Origin: a virus
Taxonomy: Duplodnaviria; Caudoviricetes
IMG/VR virus record: IMGVR_UViG_3300017913_001966
Span: 1 to 35,841 of that record
Reading direction: 5' to 3' (one strand)
Length of the DNA stretch: 35,841 nucleotides
Made by a program: the position numbers and the translations under genes. The notes under the pieces were generated by a model, which saw nothing but the letters and a program-made list of their open reading frames with translations, was not told where the DNA came from and made no database searches. Shown piece by piece: positions 27,379 to 35,841 of this stretch; position 1 is the first letter of the stretch; every line of letters starts with the position of its first letter.

Positions 27379-28479
27379 TTAGTCCAATAGCTCTGTTTTT
27401 ACATAAGCATCTTTATACTTGAATACTTCTTTTGCAAGAACAACAAGTGTTTCAAGACGTTCTTCTGTTAGCAGTGTGAACAAGTAATCGCTGTGTGCTT
27501 GTACTTCTTCTCCTGCAAGCCATGGAAACTCACCTAGCTTGTCGTTTAGACGTGCCATTGCTTCTGGATCTGCTAGCATGTCTGCAACTGCTGCATCAAT
27601 GTCTGCTTTGTATGGTGAGTTAGGTGCTGTCCAAATTGTTTTCTGGAAGCCATCGCGGTAACCTTGGAAGGCACGATATGCATCATAAACTGGACCGCTT
27701 GGTGCTACACCCCATTCAGCTTCGTAAACTTCGTTGAATGATTGTACACCTGCTGGTGCGTTTGCGTCACCGTAAACACTACCTTTACCGTCTACAATAC
27801 CGTGTGCAAACCAAAGACGTGCTTCACCTGCATCATAACGATCGCCATAACCCATTAGACTTGACTGTGGTGTGTCACGTGTTGCATCCAGCTGTCCAGC
27901 ATTGAATGCTGTACGGCGTTGTCCGCCACTTTTGAATCCTGGGATAAAGCGTAGTCGATCATTTGTACATTCAAGGTATGTGTCAACCTTTGCGTTTAGC
28001 TCTGGTCCGCACATCAGTAGTCCGATAGCAACAATGTCAGCTGCAAAGCCTGTACCACCTGTTGCTGGGAATTTTACGATTTCATTTTTGTAATCAACGC
28101 CTTCGTTGATTGAAACCCAAATGTTTGTGTTCATCACAACAACTGGATCATACTTGCGATAATCAAACCCACCTACATCTTCTAGCAGGAAGCCTTCGCC
28201 ATTACCACCGTGTGCAATTACCAGCACTGTTGGATCATTTACGCCATTTGTAGCGTACTCTTTTAGAGATTTTTTACCACGCTGACCGTTTAGATAACGT
28301 GGTACAATGTTGTGTCCGTACTTTTCAAGTTTTTTGTTTAGTTCGGCCATAACATTATCACCCCAGAACGCTGTACCGCCTTTGCCTGGCGAGTTTGGAT
28401 ACTGAAGTGTGAAAGTTTCGGCTGCTGCTGCGGTAGCCATTGTTGCCGTCAGTGCGACGGCTGCAAGAATCTTTTTCAT
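27379..28479 (-). CDS. Periplasmic substrate-binding protein, TctC-like
   Basis: Signal peptide MKKILAAVALTATMATAAAA, PGKGGT near the N-terminus, IPGFKSGG...AFNAGQLD. Lies directly upstream of tctA. Confidence 0.75.
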   Translation of the reverse strand: MKKILAAVALTATMATAAAAETFTLQYPNSPGKGGTAFWGDNVMAELNKKLEKYGHNIVPRYLNGQRGKKSLKEYATNGVNDPTVLVIAHGGNGEGFLLEDVGGFDYRKYDPVVVMNTNIWVSINEGVDYKNEIVKFPATGGTGFAADIVAIGLLMCGPELNAKVDTYLECTNDRLRFIPGFKSGGQRRTAFNAGQLDATRDTPQSSLMGYGDRYDAGEARLWFAHGIVDGKGSVYGDANAPAGVQSFNEVYEAEWGVAPSGPVYDAYRAFQGYRDGFQKTIWTAPNSPYKADIDAAVADMLADPEAMARLNDKLGEFPWLAGEEVQAHSDYLFTLLTEERLETLVVLAKEVFKYKDAYVKTELLD

Positions 28480-28534
28480 AAGATCATTTCCTTTTGTTTG
28501 TTTTGATTTACAGAGAAAGGTTATTCAACTTAGG

Positions 28535-28567
28535 GTGTTCGCTCGAACACGCACACATGTCTGTGTG
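28535..28567 (-). promoter_or_regulatory. Two adjacent hairpins in the 5' leader of the tctC-like gene
   Basis: Minus strand CACACA-GACA-TGTGTG, then C, then GTGTTC-GAGC-GAACAC. Confidence 0.5.
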
Positions 28568-28579
28568 GCACTGATATTG

Positions 28580-29254
28580 TTATTTATAATAGACAAAATA
28601 CAGTCTATCGTTCTCATCTATGTGCATATCACTGCACATTACGCCTAATGCATCTGCTGCACGTAGCGCAAATTCCGGACTCCAATTGTAAAACTGAATC
28701 CATTTACTTTCTGGTGCTGGGTGGGGAAGTCCAGGGTTGACACGGAAATAAACACGCCCACCATCTCGTACCATCCCTATTACATGCGCTAGCTCGTGCA
28801 TGATTTTTTCGGTATCACCAAAGTTGATGCTGCCAAAACAGATTGCAACATCTGCCTGCTGATCAGGCTTGTAACTGAGTGTGTCTTGCAATACATCCGC
28901 TCGGTCATTGTAAGCATCCACTCCAACAAGATTTCGTATCTTACCACGAAATTCATTGTAACCGCAACCAATATCCAAAACCAAATCTGGATTCAGTGCG
29001 TTCACTTCATCGATAATAGACAACCCGCTGTACTTGTAGCGTTTTGTTTGTGGTTGCCATATACGACTAAAGTATTTCTTCAAGACTGCGTTGTCCACTG
29101 TTTCAGTCAATTGTTCAATGTCAATGAACTCCAACTGAGTAAATTCTGTACCAAATGTAGCATTTAGACAGTGAATCAGCTGCTCGTTGTCAAACAACAT
29201 TTTTGGATGACTGTGTAAGAGTCGCTCGATCTCAATACGTATTTTAGTGTTCAA
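28580..29254 (-). CDS. Class I SAM-dependent methyltransferase
   Basis: VLDIGCG motif I, VGVD and DVAICFGSINF. Confidence 0.85.
   Translation of the reverse strand: MNTKIRIEIERLLHSHPKMLFDNEQLIHCLNATFGTEFTQLEFIDIEQLTETVDNAVLKKYFSRIWQPQTKRYKYSGLSIIDEVNALNPDLVLDIGCGYNEFRGKIRNLVGVDAYNDRADVLQDTLSYKPDQQADVAICFGSINFGDTEKIMHELAHVIGMVRDGGRVYFRVNPGLPHPAPESKWIQFYNWSPEFALRAADALGVMCSDMHIDENDRLYFVYYK
28581..28588 (-). promoter_or_regulatory. T4-type late promoter TATAAATA
   Basis: Exact TATAAATA on the minus strand, about 100 nt upstream of the tctC-like start and overlapping the methyltransferase stop. Confidence 0.55.
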
Positions 29255-29285
29255 TTGTCAATCCTTGTTTAGTATCTATACCAAC

Positions 29286-29315
29286 AATATACAGTATAGT
29301 TTGCACACTTGTCAA
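29286..29315 (-). promoter_or_regulatory. Sigma70-type promoter
   Basis: TTGACA, 18 nt spacer, TATATT upstream of the methyltransferase, preceded by an A-tract. Confidence 0.5.
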
Positions 29316-29323
29316 CATTTTTT

Positions 29324-29614
29324 TTAGTTTTTGAAGTGTGATTTGAATATTTCAGTAACCTGTAACTCTACATTTTGACGAATGCGATCATAGTCCAATA
29401 CAACCTGCATATCATCAATGGCATCATCTTTTGCCACGCCTTCGACCAATTCCGCAGTGCTTTTCACATGTGAAATTTCTTTGCGTTGCAATGTAATAAC
29501 TTTGCCACTTTGTAGAGTTACACGTATACTGACAATATATTCTATGGGGATTTCCTGCATATGGACATCATTGACGATAGTTTCAAATCCTCTATCGGTT
29601 TTCTTGATGGCCAT
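29324..29614 (-). CDS. Hypothetical phage protein
   Basis: 96 aa ORF with an AAAGGA SD, in the same operon as its neighbours. Confidence 0.7.
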   Translation of the reverse strand: MAIKKTDRGFETIVNDVHMQEIPIEYIVSIRVTLQSGKVITLQRKEISHVKSTAELVEGVAKDDAIDDMQVVLDYDRIRQNVELQVTEIFKSHFKN

Positions 29615-29619
29615 ATGAA

Positions 29620-30285
29620 TTATCCTTTGTTTTTCTTTGGACGACCACGAGTGGGTTTTAGACTTGGATCTAACTCGTATGCCTGTTCCATTAGGCTGTC
29701 TGCTTCTGCTTTGAAACTTTTTGCCTGTGCCAACATGTTGGCAGCCAGTTCTGCGTTGTCAATAACACCGTCTGTGCCTGCTTGTGGTTGTGGAACAGTC
29801 ATTGGGTTTACAATTTCTTGTTCTACATTTTCAGTTGTAATACGGCGTTCTGGAATGGGCTGTTCGTTGTCCATTACCTGTGCAGGACCGTCCACTGTTT
29901 GACGTGGAACTGCATTGTTAGGATCACCAACCTGTTCTGCAATTGCTGCATTCAAGTCGCTCAGCTTGATGCTTTGATTTGGCGTTGGCTTCATATCAAT
30001 TGCATCAGTTGGCATTTTCTTCATCAGTCCTCTGCGATGCAGAAAGCCCAACACATTGTTACCATTGCTGAAAGTTGTACGTTGTGCAACTTCCCAAAGA
30101 TTGCCTGTGGCTTGTGCAGGTGCACTGTCAATCATGCGTAGCATATCTTGATGTAGTGCATCTGGCAAACTGTCTGTTTCTACAATCAAACAGTTATCGG
30201 GTTCGTCTGGAACCTGCCGAAACATAACACAACAACGAGTTCCTGTGTTACTGATTACGCCCACGTGGTTTGTCATTTTGACCAT
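29620..30285 (-). CDS. Hypothetical phage protein
   Basis: 221 aa with an AGGAG SD and a basic C-terminal RGRPKK. Confidence 0.75.
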   Translation of the reverse strand: MVKMTNHVGVISNTGTRCCVMFRQVPDEPDNCLIVETDSLPDALHQDMLRMIDSAPAQATGNLWEVAQRTTFSNGNNVLGFLHRRGLMKKMPTDAIDMKPTPNQSIKLSDLNAAIAEQVGDPNNAVPRQTVDGPAQVMDNEQPIPERRITTENVEQEIVNPMTVPQPQAGTDGVIDNAELAANMLAQAKSFKAEADSLMEQAYELDPSLKPTRGRPKKNKG

Positions 30286-30297
30286 AAAATAGTCTCC

Positions 30298-30561
30298 TTA
30301 TTCAGCTGCGCTGTCGTCCGCTGCTGTTTCACCTGCTGCTTCTGCTTCTGCTGCTGTCGCTGCCTGTTGAGCACGAACTTGTGCAACAAAATTGCTAACA
30401 CGATCGTACACTGCACCAACTTGACTCATTTCAGGTGCACGATATGCACCACGTTGTACTGCAATGTCAATCACTTGAACAACTGCTGCTAGGTCTTGCA
30501 CGTTTAGAGCTACTGCGCCTTGTGCTTCTGCGACCGTTTCTGCTGTGTTTTCTTCTGCCAT
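30298..30561 (-). CDS. Hypothetical phage protein
   Basis: 87 aa with an AAAGGAG SD, a core DLAAVVQVIDIAVQRGAY, and acidic Ala-rich termini. Confidence 0.75.
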   Translation of the reverse strand: MAEENTAETVAEAQGAVALNVQDLAAVVQVIDIAVQRGAYRAPEMSQVGAVYDRVSNFVAQVRAQQAATAAEAEAAGETAADDSAAE

Positions 30562-30628
30562 TGTAAACTCCTTTAGTAATAGCGTTATTAGTAATTATAT
30601 ACTAACATAATTATCTAAACATCTTGGC

Positions 30629-30934
30629 TCAATTTGAGAGCTTTTGTAATGCCAACATGTCCATAAATTCTTGTAGATTTGATTGATGTTCAAACCACAT
30701 GCGGTATGTGTTTGTGGTTGTGTCATTTACAACATCAAAATCATGATCTATTTGTTCAAGATAATAAAAACCTGTTATGTCTACTGTAGACATTGTAGCG
30801 TAATCAAATTCTCCATTTGTACTAAACACTACACGGTTCTTCAACATATTTATGAACAAATCACTGGATGCGATATTGTCCACATCTTCTTCACTTAGTG
30901 CATATCCTTGTGCGTCTACACTAAAAATTTTCAT
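30629..30934 (-). CDS. Hypothetical phage protein
   Basis: About 101 aa, with a GGAG SD before ATG 30934. Confidence 0.65.
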   Translation of the reverse strand: MKIFSVDAQGYALSEEDVDNIASSDLFINMLKNRVVFSTNGEFDYATMSTVDITGFYYLEQIDHDFDVVNDTTTNTYRMWFEHQSNLQEFMDMLALQKLSN

Positions 30935-32213
30935 AATGTACACTCCGTCCAAATGGCGCTTGTAGACTTTTGTCGTGGTGGCTGTGAATCACAAACAGTG
31001 TATCGCAGTAGTTTTCATCACCCCAGCTGCTCCAAGGATATCCATCTGTAAACATGATAAACTGTTGTGGCTCAATGCCTTCTTGTTTCATAAAGTTCCA
31101 GTTGACCATAAAGTCAGTGCCGCCACCGCCCATGGGTTCATATTCTGTAATGTCACGTCCGTCGTCGCTGGTAAATTCTTCATAGTTGTAAACTTCAGTG
31201 TCAAAACTCCAAATACGCAATTTGTAGTTGGGGAACTGTTCCAACATACCGTGCACTTCGCTAACAAAGTCACGTCCTTGTTCTATTGTAATACTGCCAC
31301 TCATGTCCAATGAAATAGCAACATCAATTTCAAAGTCACGCAGTGTACCTGGCATGATAGCATCTGTGTGCCAAGCACGACGACTTTGACGCATAAATGT
31401 GTAGTCGTTGCGTACACAGCTCTCAACACTGGCATTTACCAGTTCTTTCCAATTCAACTTGGGTTCAGTTAGGCTGTCCAACAAACGCTTTACACCACCA
31501 GGTAAGTTGCCAGCACCTTCGCTTTGAGCCGCAGCAAGCATTGCTTCTTTGATTTCATTTGCAATCTGTTGTTTTTCAGCTTCGCTCAAAACAGGCTTGC
31601 CGTCACCGTTGCCCTCGCCATCGCCTGAACCACCAGTTTCAACTTCTACGTTACCTTCTTCATCGATCATAATGTGAATGTCCATTGGCTGCAATCCGTC
31701 TGGCAGCTCTCCGGCATCACGTTTTTCAATCAAACGATCATAAATCTCATAGCTGTTCATACCATCGTAGTCCCAATCCAACAGTCCGCATTCTGGCATT
31801 TCACCAACCTTGTGCTTTACCAGTTCCATGTTGATGTTGTAATCGGCTGCACAGTTGTACAAACGTGCATCAAACCCTTGCTTCATTGGAGTCATATGAT
31901 CATACACACAATGCAAAACTTCGTGTGCAACAATAAATGTAATATTGTCCTGCGACATTGCATTGAAGAAATGTGGATTGTAAAACAGTTTGCGACCGTC
32001 TGTTGCAGCAGTGGGCAACCATTTTTCCATACACTCAACCAATTCCAAACGAATTGCAAGTTGAGCAAAAAACGGATACTTGAACAGCATCTGTACACGA
32101 GCTTTGACAACCTTGTCGTAGATATCTTGTCGTAGTGAATCCGACAGCTCTGCATCATAATCGATGTTTAGCATTAGGTCACGTACTTGATCTTTTGATG
32201 CTGTATTTGCCAT
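30921..32213 (-). CDS. DUF2201-type metallopeptidase plus VWA-like domain protein
   Basis: TAATDG, HEVLH (HExxH), MIDAS-like DMSGS, GGGGTDF and FTDG. Confidence 0.88.
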   Translation of the reverse strand: MANTASKDQVRDLMLNIDYDAELSDSLRQDIYDKVVKARVQMLFKYPFFAQLAIRLELVECMEKWLPTAATDGRKLFYNPHFFNAMSQDNITFIVAHEVLHCVYDHMTPMKQGFDARLYNCAADYNINMELVKHKVGEMPECGLLDWDYDGMNSYEIYDRLIEKRDAGELPDGLQPMDIHIMIDEEGNVEVETGGSGDGEGNGDGKPVLSEAEKQQIANEIKEAMLAAAQSEGAGNLPGGVKRLLDSLTEPKLNWKELVNASVESCVRNDYTFMRQSRRAWHTDAIMPGTLRDFEIDVAISLDMSGSITIEQGRDFVSEVHGMLEQFPNYKLRIWSFDTEVYNYEEFTSDDGRDITEYEPMGGGGTDFMVNWNFMKQEGIEPQQFIMFTDGYPWSSWGDENYCDTLFVIHSHHDKSLQAPFGRSVHYENF

Positions 32214-32238
32214 GTCAATTCTCCGTTGTTACTATATT

Positions 32239-32267
32239 ATAGTACGATATCTTGGTCACTGTGTCAA
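32239..32267 (-). promoter_or_regulatory. Sigma70-type promoter
   Basis: TTGACA, 17 nt spacer, TACTAT upstream of the VWA gene. Confidence 0.7.
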
Positions 32268-32569
32268 CCAAAAGTTAGCTTGAAAAGTGCACGAATGTCA
32301 GGATCTCTAATCATTACCATTGACACACTGTCGTCACTTTCGTTTATACTAGGATACATGTCATAGTCTATTCTACTTATGTCTCGTTCTTTGAACCAAG
32401 TGTGCACTTCATGTTGTGTTGCAGCAGCTTCAATAGCAGGTCCATGATCATCCATCCATGTGCGTTTGTAAACTGCAATCTCCAAACTGGTAGGAGCACT
32501 TCCCCAATGCTCCTTCCATGCATCTCCGTATAGTCGTTTTACTATACGCTTTCTGATATCTTTATTCAT
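32264..32569 (-). CDS. Hypothetical phage protein
   Basis: 101 aa ORF overlapping the ATPase stop, ending ALFKLTFG. Confidence 0.65.
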   Translation of the reverse strand: MNKDIRKRIVKRLYGDAWKEHWGSAPTSLEIAVYKRTWMDDHGPAIEAAATQHEVHTWFKERDISRIDYDMYPSINESDDSVSMVMIRDPDIRALFKLTFG

Positions 32570-33689
32570 CAGTGTTTAGGATCAGTTTACCGTAACGCTT
32601 TAGGAACTCAGGTGCTGCCTTGTTCTTCTTAGGGTGAACTGGCAGTTTATATGTGTGCAACATGATACGTCCAGCAGCAAGTACCAACTCAGTTTGGAAG
32701 TTCTCCATCATAAAGTTTAGCACATTGTCCATGCCTTTCAAATAATCAGCATCGTCCTTATCACGTGTACAACGGTTGTGCAACTCTTGCAATTCGTATG
32801 CAAGTGCAGTTGCAAGCGAATATTTTGCACTCACTTCGTCGGTTTCGATCTTGTCAACTTTGCCGCTGATGATGTCGCTTGGATCTGGCATCTTAGCAGT
32901 CATGTTCAGGTGTGTGTTGAACTTGAGTGCAGTGCCTTCGCCTACATATGCAGCAACCATGTCAATGACATCGTTGTCATCAAAATCGCTGTCGTTGATG
33001 TCTTCTAAGTTTTCACTTACAAAGGCCCAGCTACGTGGAGTGCTGAAACCACGTGAGCTGCTGGTAGGATCAAAGTTGTACAAGTCTGCTTTGTGCACAG
33101 TCAAGTAACCAACCACAGCAGGGTCGATGTTGTTGACAACAGCCCACTCTAGCCACTGTGCAAAATCTACACGCAACTCAAAGTGCCCAAAGCGATTCTC
33201 CAACGGCTTGGGCATACGGTATGTAACACCCTTGTCAGTCTCACGGTTACCAGCGGCAACTACAACAACATTTTTAGGAAGGAAGTATTGTCCGACTCGA
33301 CGGTTGAGTACAAGTTGGTATGCTGCGGCTTGTACAGCCGGTACAGCTTGGTTGAATTCGTCTAAGAATAGTACAACTGTGTCGTACTGTGCAGCAGTTT
33401 CTGCATCTGGTAAATCAACAGGTGGAGCCCATTCCATCATGTTGGATTCTTTGTTGTAAAACGGAACACCACGAATGTCTGTGGGTTCAACTAGGCCCAA
33501 GCGCAAATCGTACATGATAGCGTTGCCGATATCGCCGCTGTCAACAATTTGCTGCATAAGTTCGGATTTACCAATACCAGGACCGCCCCAAACAAACACA
33601 GGACGCTGCTTCTTCATTGCACGTAGAACCTGCTTGCGAAGCTGGCGAGTGTTTACTGTGCGACGATCTTGAATAGTATCTAGTGGCAT
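32562..33689 (-). CDS. MoxR-like AAA+ ATPase
   Basis: Walker A GGPGIGKS, Walker B LFLDEFN, plus AAGN, PLENRF and TPRSW. Confidence 0.9.
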   Translation of the reverse strand: MPLDTIQDRRTVNTRQLRKQVLRAMKKQRPVFVWGGPGIGKSELMQQIVDSGDIGNAIMYDLRLGLVEPTDIRGVPFYNKESNMMEWAPPVDLPDAETAAQYDTVVLFLDEFNQAVPAVQAAAYQLVLNRRVGQYFLPKNVVVVAAGNRETDKGVTYRMPKPLENRFGHFELRVDFAQWLEWAVVNNIDPAVVGYLTVHKADLYNFDPTSSSRGFSTPRSWAFVSENLEDINDSDFDDNDVIDMVAAYVGEGTALKFNTHLNMTAKMPDPSDIISGKVDKIETDEVSAKYSLATALAYELQELHNRCTRDKDDADYLKGMDNVLNFMMENFQTELVLAAGRIMLHTYKLPVHPKKNKAAPEFLKRYGKLILNTDE

Positions 33690-33721
33690 ATTGCCTCTCC
33701 TCTTATCTAACTTACATATAC

Positions 33722-33750
33722 ATAGTAAGACATCTTGCTTGTATGGTCAA
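33722..33750 (-). promoter_or_regulatory. Sigma70-type promoter
   Basis: TTGACC, 17 nt spacer, TACTAT upstream of the ATPase, which has an AGGAG SD. Confidence 0.7.
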
Positions 33751-33753
33751 CCT

Positions 33754-34122
33754 CTAATTTGAATTTTCTGCAAATATTTCCAACCATGTGTCTGCGTCTC
33801 CATACATTTTCAGCCAAACACTAGCTTCCTCATCAAACAGGGCGATTGTCTTAGTATCTACATAATACGGTAGTCGCATAGCGTTGTCAAGACCAATTAT
33901 GGTTTTACTGCGTTTTATCCAACGTTGATCTGACAATGGAAATGAATATGCAGTGTACAGTTGTGCCATGCTCCAATAGCTGGGTTTTTTTAGACGCAGC
34001 CCGTTGCCATAGAATGTGTCGTGCATTTTGAGTTCAATACGAAGGTGTTCAGCAGCATGGTCTTTGCACACTGTGTAAACACGATCACGTATTTGTTGTC
34101 TCTGTGATTGTTTCTCCAACAA
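33754..34122 (-). CDS. Hypothetical phage protein
   Basis: 122 aa ORF (GLRL...LPYY), start uncertain. Confidence 0.65.
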   Translation of the reverse strand: MLEKQSQRQQIRDRVYTVCKDHAAEHLRIELKMHDTFYGNGLRLKKPSYWSMAQLYTAYSFPLSDQRWIKRSKTIIGLDNAMRLPYYVDTKTIALFDEEASVWLKMYGDADTWLEIFAENSN

Positions 34123-34384
34123 CTAACTTCACCACTGTAAATTCTTTTGTTTTGAACTTTTTGTTCAATCGTTCAGCCAAATTGAACGCATGACCGCTGT
34201 TGCTAAAACTTACTTTTTTATATTTGGGCCCGGGGTAGTCTTTGATGTGACTGGCAGATCTAAGATTGATAGGTTTGCCTTGATAGTACACTGCATATAT
34301 TGCATCTGCTGCCAATACTTGTTCACTGTTGTAAGTAGTCTGATCCACATGTTCCATGATCAGAGTAGGTTTAGGTCTCGCCAT
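34085..34384 (-). CDS. Hypothetical phage protein
   Basis: 99 aa, MARPKP...KYKKVSFSNSGHAFNLAERLN. AGGA SD and a late-promoter-like AATAAATA at 34413-34420. Confidence 0.75.
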   Translation of the reverse strand: MARPKPTLIMEHVDQTTYNSEQVLAADAIYAVYYQGKPINLRSASHIKDYPGPKYKKVSFSNSGHAFNLAERLNKKFKTKEFTVVKLVVGETITETTNT

Positions 34385-34423
34385 TGGGTTTCCTGTTATT
34401 TCATTATAACAGTATTTATTGAT

Positions 34424-34744
34424 TTAGCTACTATTTGGTGTAAAATCTGATCCAGCACCAGCCATACAACCTGTGCCGTCACCGAACACATTGATCAAAG
34501 TCCAATTGCCAGTTTCTTGATTTACAAAGAAAAATGCACCATGATTGACAGTTTCTGTAGTGGGAAGTAAGGTAATACCATTTGAACTGAACAAAAGTTT
34601 TTCACCTTGTCGTGTAGCCATTTCAAACAGGCTCAATGCGTCTCCACATGGTTGTATGGTGTTTAGTACTTTATCGTTGCTGTCTTGTGCCCAAGCAGTT
34701 TGCGCAGAGAACAGCAATAGAAATGCTAGTAGTAGTCTGTGCAT
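34424..34744 (-). CDS. Secreted hypothetical protein
   Basis: Signal peptide ending TAWA, two Cys and an AGGAG SD. Confidence 0.7.
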   Translation of the reverse strand: MHRLLLAFLLLFSAQTAWAQDSNDKVLNTIQPCGDALSLFEMATRQGEKLLFSSNGITLLPTTETVNHGAFFFVNQETGNWTLINVFGDGTGCMAGAGSDFTPNSS

Positions 34745-34761
34745 AACGTTGCTCCTAACTG

Positions 34762-35742
34762 TTAGTAGGCGGCACCTAGGTATTTGCTATGGTCTGTTGC
34801 TCGTTCACTAAGTCTTTGCAGATCCCATTTACCACAAAATCGCATAAAATGCAATCCAATCTGTCCGATCGGTATAGTATTTATTTGGTTCACAATGGTC
34901 TCATCTAGCTTTTGCTTGATGTCATCGGGCTGTTGTGTAAGATCAATCAACGTTTTGTTGCGCTGATAATCTTCCAACACACGATGTTCTACACCTTCGT
35001 GATCCGTCCAGCGTTGCAGCATGAAGTTGTTCCATGTGAAACCTTTGCTGTTTCTGTCAGCAAACGCTTCTTGCATACCAATTTTGTTTTTAGTGCCTTT
35101 TTTACGTGCACCCGGATAAGCACTGAATACATTGTCACTGCTGTCACCGCGAATACACTTTTCAAACAGCAACCACTGCGGATCACCAATTTGTTTCTGC
35201 TCGCCTGTTTTCTTGTCCATTACAGGCTTGCCTTTGTCGTTGAACACACCATCCACAGTGATGTGTTGATTCATAATACCGTTGTATTGACTTACATTTT
35301 CATTTAGCAATTGATAAAAGTCGCTGTCGCTGCTCACAATCACATGTTTGTGATCAGGATGATTCTGTATGAAACGTGCAATAAAATCATCAGCTTCGCA
35401 CTCGCTATGCTGCAACACTGTACAGTTGGTCTTTTTATCGATAAACTCTTTGAACTCGTCAAATGCAGCCCAAAATGCTTCGTCCTCTTCGCGCTCACGT
35501 TCAGTTAGTGCAGCACGAGCATCACTGCGATTGCGTTTGTACGGTTCGTAAAAGTCTTTGCGCCAGCTACGACCCTCCAAACAAAATACAACATGGCTGC
35601 CATCGAAGTCATTCCATGCTTTGTTTACACTTGCGAACATGATATGATACGCCATACCAATCTTCGTCTCTATGTCACTTCCGCGGACCACGTGTCTTGC
35701 ACGGAAAAACATGTTTGCTGTATCTACAAGAATATAAGTCAT
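34762..35742 (-). CDS. rnh: T4 RNase H-like 5'-3' exonuclease (FEN family)
   Basis: ILVDTAN, YKRNR, EADD, SSDSDFYQL and GDSSDNV motifs. Confidence 0.88.
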   Translation of the reverse strand: MTYILVDTANMFFRARHVVRGSDIETKIGMAYHIMFASVNKAWNDFDGSHVVFCLEGRSWRKDFYEPYKRNRSDARAALTEREREEDEAFWAAFDEFKEFIDKKTNCTVLQHSECEADDFIARFIQNHPDHKHVIVSSDSDFYQLLNENVSQYNGIMNQHITVDGVFNDKGKPVMDKKTGEQKQIGDPQWLLFEKCIRGDSSDNVFSAYPGARKKGTKNKIGMQEAFADRNSKGFTWNNFMLQRWTDHEGVEHRVLEDYQRNKTLIDLTQQPDDIKQKLDETIVNQINTIPIGQIGLHFMRFCGKWDLQRLSERATDHSKYLGAAY

Positions 35743-35748
35743 GTTATC

Positions 35749-35777
35749 ATAGTAAGATGTTTTGCTTTGTTTGTCAA
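35749..35777 (-). promoter_or_regulatory. Sigma70-type promoter, probably giving a leaderless mRNA
   Basis: TTGACA, 17 nt spacer, TACTAT, then 6 nt (GATAAC) to ATG 35742. No SD. Confidence 0.72.
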
Positions 35778-35841
35778 GAGATTTTTTCTACTTCTTGTGC
35801 AACATCTATCATATTTTCCATATCCACATTGTGTTGCAGTC
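35774..35841 (-). CDS. 3' end of an upstream gene (partial)
   Basis: Open frame LQHNVDMENMIDVAQEVEKIS followed by TGA, entering from the right edge. Confidence 0.4.
   Translation of the reverse strand, partial: LQHNVDMENMIDVAQEVEKIS

Noticed and set aside
28535-28567. Guanidine-II (mini-ykkC) riboswitch, tempting given the amidinotransferase
   Set aside because: That class needs ACGR loops. The loops here are GACA and GAGC on the transcribed strand.
496-35551. Many plus-strand ORFs of 60-200 aa, and short nested minus-strand ORFs
   Set aside because: They all lie within longer minus-strand genes and show no recognisable motifs, so they are shadow frames.
1-35841. Stop-codon reassignment or selenocysteine
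   Set aside because: The standard code gives full-length, densely tiled genes ending in TAA, TAG and TGA, and no Cys motif is interrupted by TGA.
1-35841. tRNA, rRNA, CRISPR array, integrase or transposase
   Set aside because: Intergenic gaps are about 100 nt or less with no cloverleaf or repeat-spacer pattern, and no recombinase motifs were seen.

Overview
This window looks like part of a large T4-like or jumbo tailed-phage genome, probably infecting a marine alphaproteobacterium (inference). All credible genes lie on the minus strand, are tightly packed and often overlap at their stop/start codons. The right part (about 29.3-35.8 kb) holds typical phage genes: a T4 RNase H-like 5'-3' exonuclease, a MoxR AAA+ ATPase with a metallopeptidase-VWA partner, and hypothetical proteins, preceded by sigma70-type promoters that share a palindromic motif. 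The left 29 kb is an unusually dense enzyme island. It contains 13 radical SAM genes (14 CxxxCxxC domains in three subfamilies, including a tandem double-domain enzyme next to a stand-alone SPASM/twitch gene) and three Fe(II)/2-oxoglutarate-type oxygenases (AspH-like, KdoO-like and one unassigned). It also contains an amidinotransferase, a PLP aminotransferase, an SDR, a methyltransferase, three proteins with sulfotransferase-like loops, and a TctC/TctA transporter pair. The island continues past the left edge. It looks like a virus-encoded biosynthetic or tailoring pathway with an unknown product. All product calls come from motifs read by eye; no database search was run.
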